From Bacteroidota bacterium (GTDB lineage Bacteria > Bacteroidota > Bacteroidia > UBA8524), in assembly GCA_036676705.1 (NCBI GenBank), contig JAKFCJ010000178.1, positions 1-63,669 on the forward strand: DNA of 63,669 bases, written 5' to 3'. Shown piece by piece: positions 19,230 through 29,351 of this stretch (positions within the stretch are counted from its first letter, which is position 1; the number at the start of each line of letters is the position of its first letter). The notes under the pieces were generated by a model. The model had not been told where the DNA came from, searched no databases, and was given only the letters and a program-made list of their open reading frames with translations. The position numbers were made by a program, and so were the translations under genes.

Positions 19230-20901
19230 CCTCAACATTCTGTACCAGTTGCATAACGATGGTTTCCGTTTGCTGGTAGATCGTTTCGGCATCGATAAGG
19301 AGTTGGGCAATAGGCGTTTTGTCCTTTAAACCACCCGCATTTACCTTAACGTTCAGATAAGCACCTGCTACGGCAGTTCGCACGCAGAGGGCACCCACAC
19401 CCGCATCCGTTACCGAATTCGGGTTTCCTTCGCGGATCATGGCTTCCAATAAGGGCAAGGCAGCATGGGCATTTTTCATCACTTCAAAAGGCACCCGGCA
19501 GGCGTTAATGGTCGCTTCCCGAATGGCTTTACTCCGTGCTGCTTTTTCCTCATCAGTATCTTTTGGCAGGGAAAAGCTATCCATAATGGCATTAAAAGCC
19601 CGGGTATCTTCGTCTACCTGGGCAAGTAATTTTTTCAATATTCCCTGTCCCTCCGCTCCTTTTTGCGAAAAATAGCTGCTTTTGTCTTCCCATCCTCTTT
19701 TATTGGCCGACAAGTTGGCAACCATGGTACCCAAAGCTGTTCCCAAAGCTCCGGCATAAGCCGAAACCGAACCTCCTCCCGGAGCGGGACTCTCCGAAGC
19801 GGTTTCATAAGCCAGCTTTTTGGCTGTCATGGAGATCAGTTTTTCATCCTCCAAATTCCGAAGCTGGTACTCGATGATCTTTTTATTCGGGTCAAAGGGC
19901 GACAATTCATCCAGTCCGAGGGATTTAATGGCAATATGGATAAGTTCTTCTTCACTCACGCCCAGGGAACGACCCTGTTTTTCCAGAAAATAATTCCCGG
20001 CGTCAAGCATGGCTTTGAGGGGGATCAGTCCGACCAATTCAGAACCTGTCACCCGCAGTCCGCGGTTTTGCGCTGATTCACATACGGCATCGAAAGCGAC
20101 ATGTACCGGGGTGATTAGGTAATTGGTCAGGTTCATGGAGATCTGTGCGATTCCATATTCTTCAATAAACCAACCTATCGCTTTGGTAGCCTTTAATTTT
20201 CCGGGAATCCGTATCGGTTCCCCATCGGCACCCAAAACCAGCTCACCCAATACCGGATGGCCTTCCCGCTTTACACGGCCCGCCTCACGCACGTCGAAGG
20301 CAACTGAATTGGCCAAACGGGTTGAGGTGGTGTTTAAGTTTACATTATACGCGATGAGAAACTCCCTGGCGCCGATCACGGTGGCTCCTGAACGGGCTGA
20401 GAATTCGGCGGGGCCAAAATCCGGCTTCCATTTCGGCTCTTTTATTTTGGTAAAAAATCCTTCATATTCGCCGGCCCGGATCACCGATAAGTTGCTTCGT
20501 TCTTTGTTGGGTTGCGCCTCTTCGTATAAATAAACGGGAAGCTTTAGCTCAGCACCCACTCTTTTGGCCAATTTTACGGCATAGGCCGCTGTTTCTTCCA
20601 TCGAAATGCCTGAAACGGGAATGAGCGGACACACATCCGTGGCACCCATACGGGGATGTTCGCCCTGGTGTTTGCTCATGTCGATCAATTCAGCAGCCTT
20701 TTTAATGGCCAAAAAAGCGGCTTCGATAACCGGTTCAGGCTCTCCTACCAGGGTTACTACGGTACGGTTGGTGGCCTTACCGGGGTCTACATCCAAAAGT
20801 TTAACCCCGTCTACCTTTTCTATTTCCGCGGTGATCTGGGCAATGAGGTGCAGATCATTTCCTTCGCTAAAATTTGGAACACATTCGATTATTTGTTTCA
20901 T
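19213..20901 (-). CDS. ftcD: Glutamate formimidoyltransferase fused to formiminotetrahydrofolate cyclodeaminase
   Basis: N-terminal IECVPNFSEG...NRTV formiminotransferase domain plus a C-terminal helical cyclodeaminase domain (SPAPGGGSVSAYAGALG). Confidence 0.85.
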   Translation of the reverse strand: MKQIIECVPNFSEGNDLHLIAQITAEIEKVDGVKLLDVDPGKATNRTVVTLVGEPEPVIEAAFLAIKKAAELIDMSKHQGEHPRMGATDVCPLIPVSGISMEETAAYAVKLAKRVGAELKLPVYLYEEAQPNKERSNLSVIRAGEYEGFFTKIKEPKWKPDFGPAEFSARSGATVIGAREFLIAYNVNLNTTSTRLANSVAFDVREAGRVKREGHPVLGELVLGADGEPIRIPGKLKATKAIGWFIEEYGIAQISMNLTNYLITPVHVAFDAVCESAQNRGLRVTGSELVGLIPLKAMLDAGNYFLEKQGRSLGVSEEELIHIAIKSLGLDELSPFDPNKKIIEYQLRNLEDEKLISMTAKKLAYETASESPAPGGGSVSAYAGALGTALGTMVANLSANKRGWEDKSSYFSQKGAEGQGILKKLLAQVDEDTRAFNAIMDSFSLPKDTDEEKAARSKAIREATINACRVPFEVMKNAHAALPLLEAMIREGNPNSVTDAGVGALCVRTAVAGAYLNVKVNAGGLKDKTPIAQLLIDAETIYQQTETIVMQLVQNVEAKLSS

Positions 20902-20943
20902 GAGGCCGCAATAAGTTTTGGCAAAAATGGATCAAGGAAGAAG

Positions 20944-20978
20944 GAAAAACAAAAAGCCGGGAGAAATAATTCCCGGCT
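20944..20978 (-). terminator. Rho-independent terminator after the second gldN copy
   Basis: On the minus strand, the hairpin agccggga-attatttc-tcccggct is followed by TTTTTGTTTTT. Confidence 0.7.
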
Positions 20979-21003
20979 TTTGTACACGAAAAAATGAAAA
21001 CAA

Positions 21004-21918
21004 CTAGTATTCCCAGAGATCATGCTCCATCACGAACAATTCATTTTTGATCTCTTCGCTCTTTAATAAGGCGCCTAGCCCGTTATCCTCATACTCAGGA
21101 TAATATTTTATCGGGTAATCATGCACATTGGGTTCTTTGATAATTTGTGAATCGAACATACGCGCCTGGAAAAAGTGATCCATCGAAATGCGGGCTGCCA
21201 TGTTTTTGTTAAACACTTCCGCATTGGCGAAATAAGGCCGTGCATCTTCGTATTTGATCCAGAACAAGGGCTGTTCGGGTAACTGTACCGTGCCGGAGGC
21301 AATTACCGGACTGTAAACGACGGCCATGGCTACGATACGCGGGTACATCCTTCCATGGGTTTTATCAAAGATCCAGTCTTCCATCAACTGAATTTTAACA
21401 AAGGTTTCTTTCGGGATCACATCGATATATACAGCCGGGTAAACTTCTCCTGTTTCCGGATCGATGCTGTCATAAGGAACCTCAAATTGCAAACGTTCCC
21501 GCAACTGGATATCGCTGAGCTCATCCTCAAACTCCCGGTCGCTGTATACTTTGGGGCCGTCGGGAAGCAGGGCCAGTTTCAGCATCAGGTCAAAAACGCT
21601 GAGTTTGGGGTAGCGGAGCAGGATATTCATTTTTTGCCGGGTATCGATGATGCGTTCGTAACGGGTCATCCAGGCTACATCTGCTTCACGGAGGTGCGGG
21701 TAGGACCATGCATACTGTTCGGGAACTCCCCGTTTTATGAATTCAGGAACCGTTTCAATAGTCGAGCTGTATGGGTCGAATTCGGTCAGCCAATTGATCA
21801 CTTCGGTCATTTCTCCAACCGGTTCACCTTTCTCATAAATGGTATAAGGGTCGGTGGTCTGTGCCATGGCGAATAAACTTCCGCAGAGGCCTATTTGGGC
21901 TAAAATCAGTCGTTTCAT
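21004..21918 (-). CDS. gldN: GldN-family T9SS/gliding protein, second copy
   Basis: Signal peptide. YPHLREADVAW, RIIDTRQK, MEDWIFDK and C-terminal FVMEHDLWEY align with the 23640-24485 product. Confidence 0.85.
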   Translation of the reverse strand: MKRLILAQIGLCGSLFAMAQTTDPYTIYEKGEPVGEMTEVINWLTEFDPYSSTIETVPEFIKRGVPEQYAWSYPHLREADVAWMTRYERIIDTRQKMNILLRYPKLSVFDLMLKLALLPDGPKVYSDREFEDELSDIQLRERLQFEVPYDSIDPETGEVYPAVYIDVIPKETFVKIQLMEDWIFDKTHGRMYPRIVAMAVVYSPVIASGTVQLPEQPLFWIKYEDARPYFANAEVFNKNMAARISMDHFFQARMFDSQIIKEPNVHDYPIKYYPEYEDNGLGALLKSEEIKNELFVMEHDLWEY

Positions 21919-21928
21919 GGTTTACCTC

Positions 21929-23452
21929 CTATCTGTTTGTTATCAGTGTGAGACTTGGAATAGGGTCTGAATAATTATCGATCTTGACTTCATCAAAGAT
22001 CACAATTGACCCTGGAGGCATTTGAGCCAGGGCTGATTTTGCATTGCTCGTCATCGTCTGGCTATTCACTGTAATCGAGGGCTGCATTCCAGTTTTTGGA
22101 TGTATAATGGTCATTTTAAATGATTTAACCGTATACTGCATTCCCTTGATATAAATCCCGCCTGTTCCGGCCACTACGATATTCTGCGCCAAAAGTGCTG
22201 ATTTCGAATAGGTTCTGGTTCCATCCAGCGTACCAAAACTAAGTTTGGGCTGGGGCTTGTTTCTAACCAGAAACTCTTCCTCCCCCATTCCTTTCCAATT
22301 GCCATATTCATCTTTGATGGAAACCCGTACTCTGATGGTCCCGGTCTGGTTCAGTTTTGCATTGTATCTTCCATCTGCCACACGGATCAGGTTTCCCGCT
22401 GTAATTTCCGCACGTACATTCGACGGGGCGACACCCGGTACGGTAATGGTCAGCGGATTATCGATACCTTTATAGAGTATCTTGGTATTATCGGCTGAAA
22501 TGCTCGCTCCTCCTTTAAACACGTTGTAAGAGGTCTGGAACGGATACTTACGCAGGGAATCCGATTCCCTAACCCAGATCTCTCCTTTAACGGTATGGGT
22601 ACCGGTACCTGAAGAGGGAACCTGGTAGGTGAATTTGCCATTTTCTTCACCCACTTTTTGTCCGTCGATATAAATCTCATGGGTTTGGCGGGTTGAAAAA
22701 GCGGTTAAAAAGATATCTGCTTTAAATTGGTCGCCTGCCATGAGGTAATTCGATTGGGGAACGATGGCTGCCTCTACCTTATCGATCGGTAAAAGGTCAC
22801 TGCCAACATGGCCATAGAGAAGTTTCAGCACATCGTAGGTTGTGTTTTTGCAATCATTCTGGATTTTCGACATCATCGCGATAACAGCGGCGAGGGGCGA
22901 ATGTTCAAAATGGAAAGATTCCCAGCTTTGTGTCTCATAATCATGGGCTTCCAGATCGCTCAGAACCATGTTACGGTCTTCTTCCGGCAGTAATTCCAAC
23001 ATTTTAATGCGTGTGGTATTGATCTTTTCGAGCAATTCTTTACCCTTTTTCTGATTGATAAGAATTCCGGCATGGATCTCAATATTCTCCCGGCCTACCA
23101 GCTCTGTTTTATCACCATTCTCACTGTCTTCCCTGCCTCCGGTTTCAGCGATCAGGATGTTTTTCAGGTTTTCAACGTGCTGAATAAACTCGTCAGACAA
23201 ACGTTCGGCCTCTTTGGCTTTAACATAAAAAGGGCGGGTAATCTCAGGCTGGGTTTCCAGGTGTTTGTCAAAGGCAACAAGGATCTCATCATTCTTCTTG
23301 TCGATGTTCACACCGGTCTTGTCCATGGAAGTTTCCATGAGAAAAAAGGCCTTGAGGATCTCTGCCGACACATTGAGGGCCAGCATGGCGGTCAGGATCA
23401 AATACATCATATTGATCATCTTCTGCCGCGGGGAAATTTTAGCTACAGTCAT
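21929..23452 (-). CDS. gldM: GldM-family T9SS/gliding motor protein, second copy
   Basis: N-terminal ISPRQKMINMMYLILTAMLALNVSAEILKAF TM helix. 45 of the first 61 residues are identical to the 24488-26050 product by hand alignment. Confidence 0.85.
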   Translation of the reverse strand: MTVAKISPRQKMINMMYLILTAMLALNVSAEILKAFFLMETSMDKTGVNIDKKNDEILVAFDKHLETQPEITRPFYVKAKEAERLSDEFIQHVENLKNILIAETGGREDSENGDKTELVGRENIEIHAGILINQKKGKELLEKINTTRIKMLELLPEEDRNMVLSDLEAHDYETQSWESFHFEHSPLAAVIAMMSKIQNDCKNTTYDVLKLLYGHVGSDLLPIDKVEAAIVPQSNYLMAGDQFKADIFLTAFSTRQTHEIYIDGQKVGEENGKFTYQVPSSGTGTHTVKGEIWVRESDSLRKYPFQTSYNVFKGGASISADNTKILYKGIDNPLTITVPGVAPSNVRAEITAGNLIRVADGRYNAKLNQTGTIRVRVSIKDEYGNWKGMGEEEFLVRNKPQPKLSFGTLDGTRTYSKSALLAQNIVVAGTGGIYIKGMQYTVKSFKMTIIHPKTGMQPSITVNSQTMTSNAKSALAQMPPGSIVIFDEVKIDNYSDPIPSLTLITNR

Positions 23453-23582
23453 ATGGGTTAAGGGTTAGTGAAAGTAGCTGTGTTACATAGGCTGTTGGCT
23501 GTAAGCTATTAGCTCTTGGCTATTAAGTATTTAGATTGGTTGATAGCATAACGTTTAAATGGATACACGTATTGCGTATAAA

Positions 23583-23615
23583 GTAAAAGCCCCGGCTTTC
23601 TGAGAAAGTCGGGGC
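23583..23615 (-). terminator. Hairpin with T-tract between gldN (copy 1) and gldM (copy 2)
   Basis: On the minus strand, gccccgacttt-ctcag-aaagccggggc is followed by TTTTACTTT, 25 nt after the gldN stop. Confidence 0.6.
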
Positions 23616-23639
23616 TTTTTATGTTTGTTAACGGATCGA

Positions 23640-24485
23640 TTAATATTCCCAAAGATCGTGTTCGGTAATGAACAATTCGTTTTGGATCTCTTCTGCTTTC
23701 AGGAGCAGAGCCAAACTATTGTCTTCATACTCTTCAAAATCTTTCAAGCGGTAATCGTATTCGTTGGATTCTTTAATGATATAGCTGGAGAACATTCTCT
23801 TTTCGAACCAGTGGTCGTAAGAGATCCGCGAAGCATCGTTCTTTCTGTTGAAAATTTCCCAGTTCACCATGGCAGTCCGTAATTCAGGATAATAGATCCA
23901 GAAAAGGGCCTGTTCCGGTAATTCAATACCTCCCGCAATTGGTCTGTAAACCGGGGCGATGGCAATGATGCGGGCAAAGAAGAGGGAATGTTTCTTGTCG
24001 AAGATCCAATCTTCCATGATGAAGAACTTCTCAATTTTCAACGGGTCGAAAGCAGTGGTGATCACCGTATCGATCAGATCATAGGGATCATCCGGATTCG
24101 CGGGATTGATCACTTGCTGATTTTCCCGATATACTCCAAGGTCAAGTACCTCTTCCGGAGTGTAAATGGAGATCAAAGAGTCGGAACGGTATGGGGTTAA
24201 TACACCATCATTAACCGCCTTGTAAACGATGTTTCCGAGATGGCTTTTCGGCCATTTCATAACAAGGTTTTGCTTTTGGCGGGTATCGATGATCCTCCAT
24301 ATCCTTTTGGTATACGCCACATCTGCTTCACGCAAATAAGGGTAAGGAATTTCCTTACGCTGCTTAACGGCAGCTTTTTCGTATGTCCAATCCTCGTATA
24401 CGGTGGCGTCATAATCGGGCTGCGCAATGGCAGTGCCCGACATGGCCAACAATACGAACAAACAAGTGATTTTTAATGTTTTCAT
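23640..24485 (-). CDS. gldN: GldN T9SS/gliding periplasmic ring protein, first copy
   Basis: Signal peptide; YPYLREADVAY, RIIDTRQK, MEDWIFDK and C-terminal FITEHDLWEY. Starts 2 nt after the gldM stop. Confidence 0.9.
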   Translation of the reverse strand: MKTLKITCLFVLLAMSGTAIAQPDYDATVYEDWTYEKAAVKQRKEIPYPYLREADVAYTKRIWRIIDTRQKQNLVMKWPKSHLGNIVYKAVNDGVLTPYRSDSLISIYTPEEVLDLGVYRENQQVINPANPDDPYDLIDTVITTAFDPLKIEKFFIMEDWIFDKKHSLFFARIIAIAPVYRPIAGGIELPEQALFWIYYPELRTAMVNWEIFNRKNDASRISYDHWFEKRMFSSYIIKESNEYDYRLKDFEEYEDNSLALLLKAEEIQNELFITEHDLWEY

Positions 24486-24487
24486 AA

Positions 24488-26050
24488 TTATCTAGCTGTA
24501 ATTACAACAGGCATCAACGCACGTTTACCGTCAGGACCAGTTGCCTGGATATTGTCGATAATGATACGGTCGCCACTTTTCATTCTGCCCATGATACTTT
24601 TCGCTTGTGGCGGCAAGCCGGTTCCCTGGCCTGTGATCATGATGGCATCTCCTCTTTTAGGAGAATAAACGATAAGATAGCTGTTGATCGTATATTTTAC
24701 GCCTTCATAAGCAAATCCTTCTCCAAGTGTTCCATAAACCCCAGGCTGAGCGGCGATAACACCAGCAGAGTGCGTACCACTCTCCAGTGTACCCAATTTC
24801 GCTTCAGGTTTTGGGATAGAACGAACACGGAATGGTGCCTGGTATGATTTTGACTTTCCGTTTTCTGTAACCGTTACAACGATTTTGATATCGCCTCTTT
24901 TGGTCACCCTGGCGATGTATTGACCGCCACTTTTTTTCACAAGGGTTCCGGCTCCATCGATACGTGCATTCACGTCGTTCGGGTTTTTACCGGGTATAGC
25001 GATGGTGATCGGGTTATCAAGACCGATATACAATACGTTCATTTTATCGGCAGAGATCGATGCTTCGCCTTTGAATACAGAGTAGGAAGACTCGAATTCA
25101 TAAGGTTTTACCCCGTCTTTACCTGCTACCTCGATGTATCCTTTTACGGTAAAATCGCCGGCAGAATTAGGATTAACCTTGTATTTTACAACTCCGTTTT
25201 CCATCTGGTATTCCGTTCCATTGATCACCACTTTATTCGTTTGTTTCGAATCATAAGCGGTAAGGATGACGTCGGCTGAAAATTCTTCACCCAGCGAAAC
25301 TGCTGATTTGTCCGGAATAAATTTCGCTACCAGCATGTCGAATGACATATCTTCAGCGGTAATACCCGAGAACAAAGCTGTCAGGATTTCAGCCTCGGTG
25401 TTTTTGGCGTCGTTCTGTATCTTGGTCAAAAGCGTAACAACAGCCGCCTGAGGCGAATGTTCGAATAATTCTGATTCCCAAGACTTAGCGGTTCCATCAG
25501 GATCTACAGCGCGTAAGTCGGTCTGATCGCCGATACGTTTCGCCTCTGCCGCCAAAGGTTTAATTCCATCTAAAAGTTTCAATAAAGCTTCACGGGTATC
25601 GTTGACTTTTCCTTTCAACTCAAGTCCTTTTTTAGGACCTTCATTGGCGATCATCAGATACGCATGTTGTTCAATATTATCGCGATTTACTAACTGACCG
25701 TCTTTTGCACGAATTTCTTCGGGGTCGGTTATTTTACCATCGTTGGTGGTGATCTTTGTTTTCAAATCTTCAACATAGGTCACGAACTCTTCGGTGATTT
25801 TCACTGCCTGTTGCGCCTTATCGTAGTATGGTTTGGTTTTTTCAGGCTGGTTTTTCATCTGTTTCTGGAATGCAGTCATGATGTCTGCATTTTTCGAATC
25901 GATATTGGCACCGGCTTTAACCATACTTGATTCTACGAGGTAGAACGCTTTCAAAATTTCTGCAGAAACGTTTAACGCGAGCATCGCCGTGAGTACGAGA
26001 TACATCATGTTAATCATCTTCTGCCTTGGTGAGACTTTTCCTCCTGCCAT
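24488..26050 (-). CDS. gldM: GldM T9SS/gliding motor protein, first copy
   Basis: VSPRQKMINMMYLVLTAMLALNVSAEILKAF TM helix followed by a large periplasmic region. Lies downstream of gldL. Confidence 0.9.
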   Translation of the reverse strand: MAGGKVSPRQKMINMMYLVLTAMLALNVSAEILKAFYLVESSMVKAGANIDSKNADIMTAFQKQMKNQPEKTKPYYDKAQQAVKITEEFVTYVEDLKTKITTNDGKITDPEEIRAKDGQLVNRDNIEQHAYLMIANEGPKKGLELKGKVNDTREALLKLLDGIKPLAAEAKRIGDQTDLRAVDPDGTAKSWESELFEHSPQAAVVTLLTKIQNDAKNTEAEILTALFSGITAEDMSFDMLVAKFIPDKSAVSLGEEFSADVILTAYDSKQTNKVVINGTEYQMENGVVKYKVNPNSAGDFTVKGYIEVAGKDGVKPYEFESSYSVFKGEASISADKMNVLYIGLDNPITIAIPGKNPNDVNARIDGAGTLVKKSGGQYIARVTKRGDIKIVVTVTENGKSKSYQAPFRVRSIPKPEAKLGTLESGTHSAGVIAAQPGVYGTLGEGFAYEGVKYTINSYLIVYSPKRGDAIMITGQGTGLPPQAKSIMGRMKSGDRIIIDNIQATGPDGKRALMPVVITAR

Positions 26051-26091
26051 TGTCTGATCCTTTCTTTCGTTTTAGGTTAAATAGTCACAAA

Positions 26092-26739
26092 CTAGGCGGT
26101 TCTGTTCCCACCCATCGCAGATAGCATGTTTCCGTATACCGAATTCAGGCTGGCAATGTTAGAAGCGAGTTTTTTCATTTCGCCGCTGATATGCTCAACA
26201 TGAGCCTGGTATTCTTTGGTTCCGCTTGAAATTTCGGCCAGTGAATTCATGGCGTCCATCGCTTTGTTGTAAGATGCAGATACACCTTCCAAAGACCTGG
26301 AAGCTTTTTGCACGTTTTCAGTGTACTCGCCGGTTGCTACAGTAGCTTTAGAAATGTCCGACATACCTTTTACATTTTCGCTTAAGTTCTTTAAGCCGCT
26401 GCCAAGGCTGCTGATCAATTCAGGACCAACTTTCGCTTCTTCCAACATTCTGTCGAGTTGTTGCGAAACGGTTCCTTTGTCTTCTTTGGTTTTCTCATTT
26501 GCCTCCATACCCGCTAATTCCGGATATACTAAGGTCCAGTCTACTTCCTGGTGGATTGGTTCGAAAGCTGAGATCGTGAAAATAATAGCTTCTGTTCCCA
26601 TACCAATGATCAGCATCGTGTCGGCGCCCGGCCAGTGCATAATTTTAAAGAGCGCACCAACGATTACTACCGCCGCGCCGAGGCCATATGCCATCGACAT
26701 GAGTTTTTTGCCCGATTTACTTTCAAAAAAGTTTGCCAT
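26092..26739 (-). CDS. gldL: GldL T9SS/gliding motor protein
   Basis: Two N-terminal TM helices (GAAVVIVGALFKIMHWPG and MLIIGMGTEAIIFTISAFEP, with the conserved TM Glu) and a cytoplasmic helical tail. Confidence 0.9.
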   Translation of the reverse strand: MANFFESKSGKKLMSMAYGLGAAVVIVGALFKIMHWPGADTMLIIGMGTEAIIFTISAFEPIHQEVDWTLVYPELAGMEANEKTKEDKGTVSQQLDRMLEEAKVGPELISSLGSGLKNLSENVKGMSDISKATVATGEYTENVQKASRSLEGVSASYNKAMDAMNSLAEISSGTKEYQAHVEHISGEMKKLASNIASLNSVYGNMLSAMGGNRTA

Positions 26740-26822
26740 GTTAAGTTAAATTAAATTTGGGTTAGTAAAGTGTATAAATATGAATATGAAATGATTACGA
26801 TGTTAAGGCAAGCTACTGTGGC

Positions 26823-28139
26823 CTATGGCTCACGGTCCTTGTTCGAGCGACCCATATAGGACATCACACAACGGAAGCCTATATACGACTTGGCAGTATC
26901 CTGGTACTCGTAGGTACGGGTACCATTCTGGATATAATAAGCGACATCTTTCCATGAACCTCCACGGATCACCTTACGGCGTTGGGAGTAGGTCATATCC
27001 GGATTCGGACGGCTCAGGTATTTGTCTTCAGCCGGGTAAATATTGGCGTCGAACTGGTAGTCTGAGTTCAAGTCATCGGTAAAAACGTGAGACTCGTCAG
27101 CATAAGCTGAGATCGTCCATTCTGCCACGTTTCCGGCCATATTATAGAGGCCATAATCGTTCGGGAAATACGAATAGGCGCGAACAGGGTATACACCACC
27201 ATCTGCCTGGTAATCTCCGCGACCGGGTTTGAAGTTGGCCAGGAAACATCCTTTGGAGTTACGGGTATAAGGCCCACCCCATGGATACATGCTTCCATCG
27301 CGGCCACCACGGGCTGCATATTCCCATTCGTACTCTGTAGGTAAACGGAACGGGTTAACGATCGGCTCATCGAGCGATTCGTAGTATTCGTTTAAGTGAC
27401 CTGTTCTCCAGGCACAAAATGCTTTGGCCTGATCCCAATCCACACCAACTACAGGATAGTTGTCGTATTTCGGATGCCAGAAATACATCTGGGTCATCGG
27501 CTCATTGAAGGAATAAGCATAGTCACGAACGAAAGTCAGCGTATCCGGATACACGCGCACATTTTCCCTGCGCACGAACTGGGCACGGTCGGCATCTTCT
27601 TCGGCAAATGCCGCAGCTTTGATGTCGATCCACTCGTAGTAATAAACCAGTTTACGGGTATCGATCGCGCGTTTTTTGTAATAACGCTCGCTTTCTTTCA
27701 ACATGATAGGCGCAAGGGCGTCTTCAATGTTTTCTCTTTCATCCTCATCCCACCATGGAATTTCCTCCTCGTAGTTGATGTGCATCTCACCATACTGATC
27801 CTCCATGATATAAGGCTCAGCCAGCAGATAGCGGGCCATGGAGTCGATCACGTGGTTCACGAACTGACGGTACTCGTTGTTCGTGATCTCGGTGTCATCC
27901 ATGTAAAAGGCGGTTATCGTGATTTGTTTGTTCGGTGAAATGTGCGTCTGGAAGATGTCATTATCAGCCTGGCCGGCATGAAAGGTACCGGTAGGTACGT
28001 AGACAGTTCCCAATGGCTGAGGATGAAACCAAGGTCTCCTCCCTCTAACCCCCACAAGTTCACCACGATCGCTGTTCAGCCCACAACCGAACGTCGACAT
28101 GACGATGACCATTAATAGTGCGTTTTTTATGTTTTTCAT
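26823..28139 (-). CDS. gldK: GldK T9SS/gliding lipoprotein (formylglycine-generating-enzyme fold)
   Basis: The ATG at 28139 gives MKNIKNALLMVIVMSTFGC, a lipobox. FGE/SUMF1-like C-terminus (GLYNMAGNVAEW, RGGSWKD, IGFRCV). Confidence 0.9.
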   Translation of the reverse strand: MKNIKNALLMVIVMSTFGCGLNSDRGELVGVRGRRPWFHPQPLGTVYVPTGTFHAGQADNDIFQTHISPNKQITITAFYMDDTEITNNEYRQFVNHVIDSMARYLLAEPYIMEDQYGEMHINYEEEIPWWDEDERENIEDALAPIMLKESERYYKKRAIDTRKLVYYYEWIDIKAAAFAEEDADRAQFVRRENVRVYPDTLTFVRDYAYSFNEPMTQMYFWHPKYDNYPVVGVDWDQAKAFCAWRTGHLNEYYESLDEPIVNPFRLPTEYEWEYAARGGRDGSMYPWGGPYTRNSKGCFLANFKPGRGDYQADGGVYPVRAYSYFPNDYGLYNMAGNVAEWTISAYADESHVFTDDLNSDYQFDANIYPAEDKYLSRPNPDMTYSQRRKVIRGGSWKDVAYYIQNGTRTYEYQDTAKSYIGFRCVMSYMGRSNKDREP

Positions 28140-28268
28140 ATCAAGCAATATGAATTGAATGTACAAGTTTATCTTATTAACCTTACAATGCAAAGCATTT
28201 AAGGCGATTGTTACGTATAACGCAATTTTTTTCCGCATTAGTATATGTTCCCGAAAATGTTTTGTCTC

Positions 28269-29306
28269 CTAATACAGGGTGTAACCCTGCAGGTAGCGCA
28301 CGTTGTAGATAGGTTTTGTTGGTGGTGGACCCGGAACCTTTACATCAAAGCAAAAACTCAGGAACAACTCGTGTGTTCCGGCCCGGGAGTAAGTATTTAC
28401 CCTACTCAGCGCGGTAACATCATAAGAATAACCTGCGTACAGATTAGGCAATATAAAATATCCAAAGAGCAAACTGATCGCATCATAACTACGTACATTG
28501 GCCCCAAAAACGACCTTATTGTTCAACATAGCCCGTGCTCCCAGATCCACCTGTACAACTTTAGCGCTCGATCTCACCAATACAGAAGGCATCAGGGCGA
28601 TCGATCCAAAATCATGGCGTGAACCGGCAAGCACATAAATGTAGCGCTCTATACTCCAGTCCAGGATACCAGCAATATTGACTTTAGGTGCCGTTAAATG
28701 GGTAATGGAAGCCCCGGCATAAAATCCATCGAACAAACGCTCATGGGTATAATACACCCCGAGGCCCATGTCGAATTTGCTCCCGCTTACAATGGTCGTA
28801 GGGATATGCGGGTCACCGGATTGTAAAGGATTGTATTTCGTGCCATCGAGCTGAACCTGGGCCATGCCGAAATCGGCACCCACGGCAAAAGCCTGGTCCG
28901 TAGATCCGTTTTGCATTTTTCTTCCCATACGGAATTTCCATGCAAGTGACCCACGCAGGTAGGTGTTTTTGTTAAAACCAAGTTTGTCGGAAATGACCGT
29001 AAAACCAACCCCCAGCTGATTGTTGAGTAATGGCGCTGTGATGCTGAACCCGTTGGTTGCCGGGTTAACCGCGTCAAACCACTGCCCCGCATCCGGCTTG
29101 TAGGCCGCGCTACCGTCCTTTTGTCCCAGCCACTGCTGGTGGGTGATCGCATTCAAACAGATCGCATCCTTCTCCCCGGCTACTGCAGGGTTGTACGCCA
29201 GCTTGTTAAGCATGTAGTGTGTGTAGTACGGATCCAGTTGTGCGGAAGCGTGTAGAGAAAAGAATACAGAGCCCAGAACAAGTAGTTTTGTAAAGTTTAA
29301 TCGCAT
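28269..29306 (-). CDS. PorP/SprF-family T9SS outer-membrane protein
   Basis: Signal peptide, then QLDPYYTHYMLNKLAYNPAVAG, the family N-terminal hallmark. The remainder is beta-barrel-like. Lies directly upstream of gldK. Confidence 0.8.
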   Translation of the reverse strand: MRLNFTKLLVLGSVFFSLHASAQLDPYYTHYMLNKLAYNPAVAGEKDAICLNAITHQQWLGQKDGSAAYKPDAGQWFDAVNPATNGFSITAPLLNNQLGVGFTVISDKLGFNKNTYLRGSLAWKFRMGRKMQNGSTDQAFAVGADFGMAQVQLDGTKYNPLQSGDPHIPTTIVSGSKFDMGLGVYYTHERLFDGFYAGASITHLTAPKVNIAGILDWSIERYIYVLAGSRHDFGSIALMPSVLVRSSAKVVQVDLGARAMLNNKVVFGANVRSYDAISLLFGYFILPNLYAGYSYDVTALSRVNTYSRAGTHELFLSFCFDVKVPGPPPTKPIYNVRYLQGYTLY

Positions 29307-29351
29307 GCAGCGTGAGTTTTAGAGGTTAGTCCAACGCAAATATTACGCTTT

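Noticed and set aside
28140-28238. N-terminal extension of gldK (MRKKIALYV...)
   Set aside because: The internal ATG at 28139 yields a canonical lipoprotein signal peptide, and the extension has no such feature. Similar extensions were trimmed for pyrG (5649-5696), purH (14449-14475), the nfu-like gene (32890-32997), the PLP enzyme (46249-46338), the S8 peptidase (49726-49773), the transglycosylase (61085-61117) and the DUF4837-like gene (62506-62574).
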